A program made the position numbers and the translations under genes. DNA of 59,062 nucleotides from the IMG/VR virus record IMGVR_UViG_3300025467_000019, positions 1 through 59,062 of that record. The stretch is one strand, 5' to 3'. The stretch is from a virus. Taxonomy: Duplodnaviria > Caudoviricetes. Positions 48,095 through 56,537 of this stretch are shown one piece after another. Within the stretch, counting starts at the first letter, position 1. Each line of letters starts with the position of its first letter. Under the pieces are notes generated by a model. It did not search any database and was not told where the DNA came from. It saw nothing but the letters and a program-made list of their open reading frames with translations.

Positions 48095-49384
48095 ATGGCA
48101 AAGAAAACTAAACCTCGCATTTTTGTACAACTTGCTTCGTATAGAGACCCGCAATTAGTACCCACGATTAATGATATGTTAGCAAAAGCTGCTAACCCTG
48201 ATCAATTTTCATTTGGTATTTGCTGGCAATATGGAGACGATGAAGATCCAAATATCTATGATAAAAAGAAAAACTTTAGAGTGGTTAAAAAGAAATGGAC
48301 AGAAAGTCAAGGCTTAGGGTGGGCACGTAATATTACCAATTCTCTTTATAAGGGAGAAGAATTCACTCTACAATTAGATTCTCATCACCGTTTCGCCCAA
48401 GACTGGGATAAAATGTTGCTTGAAGATTATGAGCAAGCATTAACAATGTCTCCAAAGCCAGTTATTACAACTTACTGTACACCATTTGACCCTGAAAAAG
48501 AAATTACAGATTTTGGCCCTTGCTTAATGTCTCAATACGAGTTTAGTGCAGATAAGTTACTAATGAGTATGCCATGGTATATTCAAGACTACAAAACACG
48601 TAATAGAGTTATACGTGCACGCACTATAAGTGGTCATTTTATGTTTGCAGCAGGTAAGTTTATTGAAGAAGTACCCTACGATCCAGACATTTATTTTGGT
48701 GGCTACACAGAAGAAACAACAATGAGTGTAAGAGCGTGGACGACCGGTTATGATTTTTTTAGTCCTTACCGTCAATACATTTGGCACGAATATACACGTA
48801 GTTATCGCGTTAAACACTGGGATGATCATGGTACAGAAAAACATACCGGTAAAACTTCAGGTGAAAGAGATGTCTATGCTCGTAACAAAACACGTCAAAT
48901 ATTTGGTCAAGAAGACCATGGTATTGACTTAGGTATATACGGTTTAGGTACAGCCCGTACTTTACAGGAATATGAAAAGTTCGGCGGTTTTGACTTTAAA
49001 AATTGTAGAATACAAGACTATACATTAAAAGTAAATGAACCACCGAACCCTACAGATTATAATACGCAATTTATTAGTAAAGGACGTAAAATACACATCG
49101 ACTGGGATATAGGGTTTTTCTTGAAAGAAAAACAAGAAGGAGATGAGGTGCAATTTTTAACTTTCGGTGTATTGACTCAAAGTGACGTGGAACTATACAG
49201 ACAAGACTTTACTAGAGAAAAGAACCCTAATCATGTTGATTTTAAAGTCAACGAGCACGGAGCAGCATTTCGTAGTATAGATAAGCCTTATAAGATTGTT
49301 ATGTATGCAAACTGGAAAAATAAAGGCTGGGGTAATAGATACGAAAGAGTAATACCTACACTTGCAATGCAAGAAGGACCATGA
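48095..49384 (+). CDS. GT60-like polypeptide GlcNAc transferase (Skp1-Hyp GlcNAcT family)
   Basis: IFVQLASYRD...A.NP...GICWQ...S.G..WAR...LY.GE.F.LQLDSH.RF...WD...VPYDP.IYF..EE...RAWT.GYD...WH.Y.R; start moved to ATG 48095. Confidence 0.85.
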   Translation: MAKKTKPRIFVQLASYRDPQLVPTINDMLAKAANPDQFSFGICWQYGDDEDPNIYDKKKNFRVVKKKWTESQGLGWARNITNSLYKGEEFTLQLDSHHRFAQDWDKMLLEDYEQALTMSPKPVITTYCTPFDPEKEITDFGPCLMSQYEFSADKLLMSMPWYIQDYKTRNRVIRARTISGHFMFAAGKFIEEVPYDPDIYFGGYTEETTMSVRAWTTGYDFFSPYRQYIWHEYTRSYRVKHWDDHGTEKHTGKTSGERDVYARNKTRQIFGQEDHGIDLGIYGLGTARTLQEYEKFGGFDFKNCRIQDYTLKVNEPPNPTDYNTQFISKGRKIHIDWDIGFFLKEKQEGDEVQFLTFGVLTQSDVELYRQDFTREKNPNHVDFKVNEHGAAFRSIDKPYKIVMYANWKNKGWGNRYERVIPTLAMQEGP

Positions 49385-50559
49385 GAATTGTCTTTATATT
49401 AATAGGTAATAGTAGAAGAAGTAACTATTTAGACGGTGACACCCTTCGCTACGGCAATGGAGGGGGGTCTGGAACTGATTCTAGTACTATTGTGGTTGCC
49501 GAGCAATTAGCTTTACATGGCCACGAAGTAGTAGTTACTTCTGATAAACTCGAACCATTACTTGAAGAAGAGTATGCAAAACAGGGTGTACATTTCAATG
49601 CAGGTAAAAAGGTAAGAGGTGTATACTATACCGACATTAACTTTACAAACATTGAAAGTAAAGCTTTTGATGTTATTATAAGCAGTCTATGGTTTCATGA
49701 CTACTCTAAACTGCCTATAACTGTTAGTAAAGCTATAATTTATTGGTGCCACATGCAATGGATATACGGTATAGGCGAAATTACAGATTATGCAAAAGCT
49801 AATAATTTAAGAATAGGCTTTGTTAACATTTCTAGTTGGGAAAAAAGCATGAATCAAGATGTAATTGATAATACAGTCACTCAATTACCAAACACTATAA
49901 GCAAAACTATTCCTAACCCGATAATGGATGACATTATTAATGAAGTACTTGCTACCAATCCAGTAAAAAAGAAACATAAATTTGTTTTTCATGCTTCTTG
50001 GGCAAGAGGTGGTAACGTAGCTATACAGTCTATAAGAGATTTAAACTGGCCAGATGCAGAATTACATGCATTTGACTATTTAATGACTATACATAATCAT
50101 GAAGATTCGTTTTTTCATAAACATGCCGGGGTTGATAAACAAACGCTTTTTACCCATATAGCAGAAAGCGAATATTTTGTATACCCTCTTTATACACCTT
50201 ATAAAGATGTACATAAGGACACATTTTCATGCGTGGTAGCAGAAGCAATAGCACTTGGTGCAGTACCTGTAACTTATCCGCTCGGCGCTTTACCTGAAAA
50301 CTTCGAAGGCTACTGTGCATGGCTAGACTTTCCAGCAAGAGCAGATCCGGAAGTTATGCAAAAAGAATCTTTATCTAAAGATGAGACTGGTCTGTTTACT
50401 TGTACTGATAATATCGTTAAAAAGTTAAACTACTTAGACAATAACCCGGAGTTAAAACAGAAAGTTCAAACTGAAGGTAAAAAATTTATATTAGATAAAC
50501 TCAACGCAAATAAGGTAGGTAATATGTGGGTTGAGTTTATAACTGAACTCACTACATAA
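49381..50559 (+). CDS. GT-B fold glycosyltransferase (GT4-like)
   Basis: GGSGTD...VAEQLA..GHEV; FVYP...DTFSCVVAEAIALGAVPVT...GALPE. Confidence 0.85.
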   Translation: MRIVFILIGNSRRSNYLDGDTLRYGNGGGSGTDSSTIVVAEQLALHGHEVVVTSDKLEPLLEEEYAKQGVHFNAGKKVRGVYYTDINFTNIESKAFDVIISSLWFHDYSKLPITVSKAIIYWCHMQWIYGIGEITDYAKANNLRIGFVNISSWEKSMNQDVIDNTVTQLPNTISKTIPNPIMDDIINEVLATNPVKKKHKFVFHASWARGGNVAIQSIRDLNWPDAELHAFDYLMTIHNHEDSFFHKHAGVDKQTLFTHIAESEYFVYPLYTPYKDVHKDTFSCVVAEAIALGAVPVTYPLGALPENFEGYCAWLDFPARADPEVMQKESLSKDETGLFTCTDNIVKKLNYLDNNPELKQKVQTEGKKFILDKLNANKVGNMWVEFITELTT

Positions 50560-50563
50560 CCAT

Positions 50564-51268
50564 ATGCATAGAATTGTAAGTTTTTATCAAGAGGATCTAC
50601 CTGAGGAACTTGTAGTTTTACAAAAAAGAGTATTTGATCATTTTAGTATACCTCTTGAGCAAGTAAAATTTCCTGTAGATAATAATGGCCATGCTTATGC
50701 TATAGAAGATTACTTAAGAAGTACTCATGATTGGAGTAGTATAACTATATTTGATGTTGACTGTGTACCGTTTGAAAGAGTAGCTATTGATAGAGCATTA
50801 GATCTTATTAAAGACGGCAACACTGTATACGGTAACATACAAGCTTCCAATACCGGAGAGCACTCACCGTACAAATCGCCGCCTTTTGCTGCACCAAGTT
50901 TTTTAAATTTTACACGTAACATATGGGATGATTATATAAAAATATGGGACAATAAAAAAACTACAAACGGGGTATTTCAATTTCAACATTATCCTAATCC
51001 TGACGGTATAGAAGTAGAAGCAGATGTAGCTGAGGTTTTTACTAGAGAAAATGAAAAACGAGGTGTAAGGATAATGCTAGCATATCCTACTAAAAGCCCG
51101 TATGATGATACATGGAAGTATAAAGCGTATTTTGGTTATCCTTATTTCTCATACGGCAATTGTACTGAGTTTGCTAGTGGGACTTGTCATAATTTTCAAA
51201 TTAGAATACCCGACAAACAGAGATACTTTATTAAATATTGCAACAACATATTAAATGAAAATAAATGA
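50564..51268 (+). CDS. putative GT-A glycosyltransferase
   Basis: IFDVDCVP DxD motif, FAAPSFL, DVAE; inside the GT cluster. Confidence 0.6.
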   Translation: MHRIVSFYQEDLPEELVVLQKRVFDHFSIPLEQVKFPVDNNGHAYAIEDYLRSTHDWSSITIFDVDCVPFERVAIDRALDLIKDGNTVYGNIQASNTGEHSPYKSPPFAAPSFLNFTRNIWDDYIKIWDNKKTTNGVFQFQHYPNPDGIEVEADVAEVFTRENEKRGVRIMLAYPTKSPYDDTWKYKAYFGYPYFSYGNCTEFASGTCHNFQIRIPDKQRYFIKYCNNILNENK

Positions 51269-51932
51269 GTTTTTTCAAAAAGGGTATTATATTAATTTGG
51301 ACCGACGTACTGATAGAAGAGCTGAGTTCGAACAAGAAGTCAAAAGAATTGGTCTAGAGGGTTTTTTTGAAAGAGTACCTGGCGTAGATGGTAGTAATGA
51401 ACCGTCTGAACTAAAGAAACATAACTATTGTGGTGCTTCATATGCAAAGATATTTAAAGATGCAAATGAGAAGGGGTACGAGCGGTTTTTAATATTTGAA
51501 GATGATGTACAGTTTTTTGATCGTGATGGTGTGAGTGGTTTAGAATTGATTGAAAAAGCTTTAGATCAATTACAGAAATTCCCTGACTGGGATATGATAT
51601 ATTTCGGGTGCTACACTTTTGATAAAACTATTTATCATGTTTCGGAGAATTTAATTTCAGCTAATCAAATATTAACTACACATGCAATTGGTTATAATAA
51701 GAAAGGAATGCATATGTATCTACAATATAATCCTTTCTTTCACTGCCCTATTGATGGGTGGTTAGGTGAACGTAAAGAACTTACAAAATATATAGTGTAC
51801 CCTTTAGCAGTAATACAAAGAGAGAGTAGAAGTGACCTAGATGCATGGGGTTGGGCACCTAATGCTTTCCATTGGGATGAAAACTTTATTAAAAAGCATA
51901 GTAAATTAATACAAACATTTGAAATAGAATGA
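51255..51932 (+). CDS. glycosyltransferase family 25
   Basis: YINLDRRTDRR, FERVPGVDG, LIFEDDV, DWDMIYFG, TTHA, ID.W. Confidence 0.9.
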   Translation: MKINEFFQKGYYINLDRRTDRRAEFEQEVKRIGLEGFFERVPGVDGSNEPSELKKHNYCGASYAKIFKDANEKGYERFLIFEDDVQFFDRDGVSGLELIEKALDQLQKFPDWDMIYFGCYTFDKTIYHVSENLISANQILTTHAIGYNKKGMHMYLQYNPFFHCPIDGWLGERKELTKYIVYPLAVIQRESRSDLDAWGWAPNAFHWDENFIKKHSKLIQTFEIE

Positions 51933-52765
51933 GTGTAGATATAACATCTAATTATGTTACCTGTCACATGATAGGTAGATTAGGCAATCAAATGTTTCAA
52001 ATTGCTAATGCTTATGCACAATCATTAAGACACAATAGACAATTATTATTACCAAAAAGTGACACCTCTGTAAGTGATTATTTTGATACTGTACACCGTA
52101 AACTACAGTTCATATTGGATAAATCCCCTGTAGATCAACCAAATGTACATACTATACATGCTACATATCATTATACAGAATACAAACCACATGACATAAT
52201 GCCTACTGTATTTAAAGGATATTTTGAGAGTGAAAAGTACTTTATAGATTATAAAGATAAAATAAAGGAACTATTTGGTCCGACAGAAGAATTCATCAAT
52301 GAAGCTTATAGAGAATACCCGCAATTGATTAATGGTACAACAGCAGCTATTAACGTAAGACGTGGAGATTTCTTAACTTTTCCTAAGAGTCATCCTGTAA
52401 TAAGCTTGGATTATATATATAAAGCTGTAGATTTATTACCCAAAGTCGACACTATATTTGTATTGAGTGATGATATATATTGGTGTAAAGATAATATTGA
52501 AATACCAAATGCTATATTTGTACCTTATTCCACGTACAAAGCACTATGGTTTCTTTCTTTATGTAAACACTTTGTAATATCTAATTCAACGTTTTCTTGG
52601 TGGGGGGCTTACTTATCTAAACACCCTACCAAAACAGTTATTGCACCGGAAGTGTGGTTCGGACCTGATATATTATCTCATACCGACCCGAAAGACATTT
52701 ACTGTGACGGTTGGATTAAAGCACCTGCCGTATATGACCCGTCTGGTTTTATTTTACCAGGCTGA
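51929..52765 (+). CDS. alpha-1,2-fucosyltransferase-like (GT11)
   Basis: GRLGNQMFQ, GYFESEKYF, NVRRGDF, SDDI.WC, SNSTFSWWGAYL. Confidence 0.92.
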   Translation: MSVDITSNYVTCHMIGRLGNQMFQIANAYAQSLRHNRQLLLPKSDTSVSDYFDTVHRKLQFILDKSPVDQPNVHTIHATYHYTEYKPHDIMPTVFKGYFESEKYFIDYKDKIKELFGPTEEFINEAYREYPQLINGTTAAINVRRGDFLTFPKSHPVISLDYIYKAVDLLPKVDTIFVLSDDIYWCKDNIEIPNAIFVPYSTYKALWFLSLCKHFVISNSTFSWWGAYLSKHPTKTVIAPEVWFGPDILSHTDPKDIYCDGWIKAPAVYDPSGFILPG

Positions 52766-52869
52766 GTCTTTTTACTTTTCTTATCTTTTTTAAATATATT
52801 GTCCCAATTGTTTCCGTATTCTTCTTGAGTTACGGAAAAGGGACGTGATTTACTGCCTTTACCAGCCAT
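52699..52869 (-). CDS. small basic phage protein, 56 aa (not in ORF track)
   Basis: MAGKGSKSRPFSVTQEEYGNNWDNIFKK...; GKGS..RP...NWD.IF is a motif I recognise from tiny phage ORFs; ATG directly follows the upstream stop. Confidence 0.7.
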   Translation of the reverse strand: MAGKGSKSRPFSVTQEEYGNNWDNIFKKDKKSKKTQPGKIKPDGSYTAGALIQPSQ

Positions 52870-52870
52870 A

Positions 52871-53365
52871 TTAACTTCTTGGTAAAATATTATCAGTTGT
52901 TAGTACGTAAACCGGTTCTTTAGTTTTAACTTTAAGATTTTCCGGTTTAAAGAACTTATTAGGTACATTTGCAATTGCTTGCCCAATAGACGTTACAGGG
53001 TATTTTTGACCTTTCTTAGATGCATTAAAGTTATATGAACTCTTTTTAATAGAATCAACAACCGTAGCTACATCTTGATCTTCAGGAATCTGTAATACCC
53101 ATCCAACTAGATCTTTATTAATAATTTTATTAGTATCAGATACAAGAATAACAAACTGTTGCTTAGGCTTAGGTTCACCCTCTTCATCATTACCAGTTTC
53201 TTCAGATGCAGCTACTCCTTCTTCAACAGTAGTAGCTGTTTCATCAACAGCTACAGTATTGTTGCTTAAAAGATCAATAATTTCATTGATCTTGTTTTCA
53301 TCCTCTACGGTTTGTTGTAAAGCTGCAACTACAGCTTGTAATTTAACGTACTCTTCTTTTGGCAT
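52871..53365 (-). CDS. hypothetical protein (164 aa)
   Basis: ATG ORF in a tightly packed minus-strand run. Confidence 0.75.
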   Translation of the reverse strand: MPKEEYVKLQAVVAALQQTVEDENKINEIIDLLSNNTVAVDETATTVEEGVAASEETGNDEEGEPKPKQQFVILVSDTNKIINKDLVGWVLQIPEDQDVATVVDSIKKSSYNFNASKKGQKYPVTSIGQAIANVPNKFFKPENLKVKTKEPVYVLTTDNILPRS

Positions 53366-53370
53366 TTTTA

Positions 53371-53937
53371 TTAGTCGTTGTTTTCAGCGACTTCTTCTTG
53401 TTTTTTTGTTTTTTTTCTAGAACGCTTAGGTTTTACTTCTTCTTGTGTTGTTTCTAATTCAGCATCTTCACTGACAACAGGGTCAGTATCTGAAGGTTCA
53501 ACTTCATCTACAATTCCATTTATTTTCTTAGTATGTTCTAACCAACATTCTACTAAATTGTTGTGGTCTGCTCTTCTGCATGGGATGCCATAACTCTTTA
53601 CATCATTTAAATTGTCTTGTGTAAAAAAGCTAACTACAGTATGTTCTTCAGGTCTATCTACGTTTACCCGTATAATAGAAAAAATGTTTAAGTTTGGATT
53701 TGTATAATCAAATACAAAGTTTAAATCCAAGTTAGTAATACGTACAGGTGGTGGTGGTACTTCTTGTGTAGGATCATGTCTAGGCATCTCTCTTTTAGGT
53801 TCTGTTGATGCTTCGGTTCTACCTCTTAAATATTCGTTACGCAACTGGTGTTGCATTTTTTGAGAAGCTTCATTACTACCTCTATTATAAGCCTCGTCTA
53901 TTAAATGTTGAAGTTTTTGATCTGTTACTATTTTCAT
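53371..53937 (-). CDS. hypothetical protein
   Basis: Start moved to ATG 53937 (MKIVTDQ), which follows minus-strand TAAATA at 53946-53951. Confidence 0.7.
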   Translation of the reverse strand: MKIVTDQKLQHLIDEAYNRGSNEASQKMQHQLRNEYLRGRTEASTEPKREMPRHDPTQEVPPPPVRITNLDLNFVFDYTNPNLNIFSIIRVNVDRPEEHTVVSFFTQDNLNDVKSYGIPCRRADHNNLVECWLEHTKKINGIVDEVEPSDTDPVVSEDAELETTQEEVKPKRSRKKTKKQEEVAENND

Positions 53938-54041
53938 GTTATAGTTATTTACATATAATATATGTAAAACATAAAATAAATCAAGCACAACTTTTGAATT
54001 TTACTGTAACATATGTGTTTATTGTGTAAATATAATTAACA

Positions 54042-54263
54042 ATGAAATTTCAAGAATTAATGGAAAGTTATGGTATGATAAAACAAGAAAAGCGTTTGTT
54101 TTATCCGAGAGATTTTAATCTTTCAAAATCATTTTTAAAAGCTCTTAAAGAAGAGCTAATATTACAAGAAAAATCAGGCATCTCGCCAGATAAATTTCAG
54201 CACAAGCTTAATAGAGCGCTTCAATTTCATATTTCTGAACATAAAAAAACCTCTCAAAAATGA
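54042..54263 (+). CDS. hypothetical late protein (73 aa)
   Basis: MKFQELMESY start; TAAATA at 54027-54032. Confidence 0.7.
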   Translation: MKFQELMESYGMIKQEKRLFYPRDFNLSKSFLKALKEELILQEKSGISPDKFQHKLNRALQFHISEHKKTSQK

Positions 54264-54270
54264 GAGGTTT
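54243..54270. terminator. intrinsic terminator between convergent genes
   Basis: aaaaaaacctctca-aaaa-tgagaggttt. Confidence 0.7.
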
Positions 54271-54292
54271 AATTTTTTATATATAAGTTAAC

Positions 54293-55051
54293 TTAGAACT
54301 TATAAGAATAACCAACATTGTAGCCTGTTACTTGACCAGCCGTGTTTGTAACGTCAGCGCGGTGTGCAAATACATTTGCTGTAAAGCCGTAAGCTGCTAA
54401 ACCAATACCAGCTGTAGCATACTTTTTATTGTTTTTGAATGCTGCAATAGTTGCTGCACCTGGGTCATTAAAGCCAACACCAATAGCAGGTACAACTTTA
54501 AGACCTTTAACACCAGAACTTACTGGTAAGCGAAGGTTGAATTCGTAATTGTTGCTACGGTTTTTTAAGTCATCAAGAGCTGTACCATCCCATACAACTG
54601 TTTTACCGAATAGATCACCACTCAATTTTACAAATGGTAGAGTGTCGCTAGTTAAACCACCAGCAATAAGTTCACCATTTTGAGCTGTACGTAGTTGTGC
54701 ACCAAGCGTTAAATTAGCAAGAGGTGATGTGAATACATAACCTGCTGTGTAATAGATACGCTTAAGACCAGCTTCGTCTGCAGTTGATACTGATTTACCA
54801 GCTACTGTAGTAGTTATTGTTAAGCTGTTATAACGGCTGAAAGTATCGATAGCAAAATCAACGCTATATACATCAAGACCGACTCTAGCAGTAACATAAT
54901 CAGTACCTGCTACATTACCACGATCAATAAGTTTAGAAGTAAAACCAACATTTGCGCTAACACCAGTAATAGGTGTTGGTACTGCAGGAGTTTGTGCAAC
55001 TGCTGCTGTTGTTAATACTGCCAATGTGAGGATAGTTAATAATTTCTTCAT
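54293..55051 (-). CDS. outer-membrane beta-barrel protein
   Basis: Signal peptide MKKLLTILTLAVLTTAAVA-Q; amphipathic beta strands; C-terminal YNVGYSYKF beta-signal; TATAAATA on minus at 55058-55065. Confidence 0.8.
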   Translation of the reverse strand: MKKLLTILTLAVLTTAAVAQTPAVPTPITGVSANVGFTSKLIDRGNVAGTDYVTARVGLDVYSVDFAIDTFSRYNSLTITTTVAGKSVSTADEAGLKRIYYTAGYVFTSPLANLTLGAQLRTAQNGELIAGGLTSDTLPFVKLSGDLFGKTVVWDGTALDDLKNRSNNYEFNLRLPVSSGVKGLKVVPAIGVGFNDPGAATIAAFKNNKKYATAGIGLAAYGFTANVFAHRADVTNTAGQVTGYNVGYSYKF

Positions 55052-55117
55052 ACTATATATTTATACGCTGCTTATAAAAAACCCTGGTTTTGCACGGTTT
55101 TTTTTGTTATAGGATTT

Positions 55118-55756
55118 TTAGAGCCAGCTAGGTCCTTTAGTTCCTACTGGTATTCTTAATATAGTGCGTGCTAATAGTTTAATATAAAAATACACAGTTA
55201 ACTGTATAGATGGCCATAAAAGTTTATTACAATTACCTATAACTTTACTTGAACCAATACGATACACAACGTTAAGTTTTCTACCTGTTTCGTGAACTGC
55301 ATTTGTAATGTCTACAGTACTTGCTCCGTAGTCTTGATCGGACCAATTATCTACAAGAATATCTGCATTTAACCTATTACCAGAACCTCTCAATGTACCT
55401 ATAATAGTAACATTACTACCACCTTTTACACTAAAAATTTGATTTCCTGTATTAGGAACACTATTACCAAACTGTCCGGAAATAGTAGCTACAACTTTAT
55501 TGTTAACATCTACAGAACATTCTCTACCCTGTTCAACTGCAAAGCAGTGAAGTGTAATAACAGCACTATCTGCAAGTTTTAATATACTCGCAAAATTGGT
55601 GGGGTTAGATGGTAAAAAGGCATTATCATCATTATATGCAGGTGTTGGTACTTGTACGATGTCAGGGCTACCAGCACTTAAAGACCATGCACATGTACCT
55701 TGAGAGTCACATGCATATGAAAGGTAATTTATATCTATAGATGTTGATTGACTCAT
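55118..55756 (-). CDS. hypothetical protein
   Basis: Start moved to ATG 55756 (MSQSTS) after minus-strand TAAATA at 55765-55770, which removes the overlap with the tRNA. Confidence 0.7.
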   Translation of the reverse strand: MSQSTSIDINYLSYACDSQGTCAWSLSAGSPDIVQVPTPAYNDDNAFLPSNPTNFASILKLADSAVITLHCFAVEQGRECSVDVNNKVVATISGQFGNSVPNTGNQIFSVKGGSNVTIIGTLRGSGNRLNADILVDNWSDQDYGASTVDITNAVHETGRKLNVVYRIGSSKVIGNCNKLLWPSIQLTVYFYIKLLARTILRIPVGTKGPSWL

Positions 55757-55795
55757 ATGTTTTTTATTTACACATAAAAAACGAAAGGTCAAATT

Positions 55796-55870
55796 TGGTA
55801 CCACCAAGGGGAATCGAACCCCTATTATCGAGATGAAAACCCGGTGTCCTAACCGTTAGACGATGGCGGC
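55796..55870 (-). tRNA. tRNA-Glu (anticodon TTC), CCA encoded
   Basis: Minus strand reads GCCGCCATCGTCTAACGGTTAGGACACCGGGTTTTCATCTCGATAATAGGGGTTCGATTCCCCTTGGTGGTACCA; 75-nt cloverleaf with GTTCGA T-loop. Confidence 0.93.
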
Positions 55871-55873
55871 AAA

Positions 55874-56530
55874 TTAATTTCTAACAAAATTATACATCAT
55901 AGCTACTTTCATGCCATTGTATTTTTCGTCATATTCTGGCGACCAAACATGAAAATTTGTAGATGGTGTGAAACCCATAGAAGTAATATACTGCTTAAGT
56001 CTGTCAGCTTCGTCTCCTCTAGTTTCAGGATGAAAATTATGAGCTTCCATCATTATTGTGTGAAATCTTCTAAACACATCAGGTGGTGTGTTGTAGAAAA
56101 TATCATATTCAGAACCTTCAATATCAATTTTTAAGACGAGCTTATCATTAGGGTCAAATATAGATATCAACGATTCAATAGTAATAGAGGCAACTAACTG
56201 ATCCCCTTTACCTACTATAGAACTACCCTGTTCATCACTAATAGTTAAAACGGTATTTTGCTTAGTTGATACAGCAGCATTTATGCATTTAACGTTAGGT
56301 ATGTCTTTCGTGTTATTAAGGTATTTTATAAAGTTATTAATATTAGCTTCTACACTGACTATCCTTTTAGGATTAAATGTACTACAGTACGATGCAAACA
56401 ATCCGAAGTGACCGCCAAGATCTAACACGCTATAACCTTCAATGTTTTCTCTGGACATTAAATATACGTTTAATTCAAATATTTCATTAAATTCAAACGG
56501 TGCTTGTTCTTTTAAGAATGCTAAATCCAT
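55874..56530 (-). CDS. FkbM-family SAM-dependent methyltransferase
   Basis: VLDLGGHFGLF, IVSVEA, CINAAV, LKIDIEGSEY, MEAH. Confidence 0.9.
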   Translation of the reverse strand: MDLAFLKEQAPFEFNEIFELNVYLMSRENIEGYSVLDLGGHFGLFASYCSTFNPKRIVSVEANINNFIKYLNNTKDIPNVKCINAAVSTKQNTVLTISDEQGSSIVGKGDQLVASITIESLISIFDPNDKLVLKIDIEGSEYDIFYNTPPDVFRRFHTIMMEAHNFHPETRGDEADRLKQYITSMGFTPSTNFHVWSPEYDEKYNGMKVAMMYNFVRN

Positions 56531-56537
56531 ATTACTA

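Noticed and set aside
46972-52765. Glycosyltransferase cluster as contaminating host O-antigen DNA
   Set aside because: It is contiguous with gp5, flanked by phage-type genes, and has no wzx/wzy/wzm export genes
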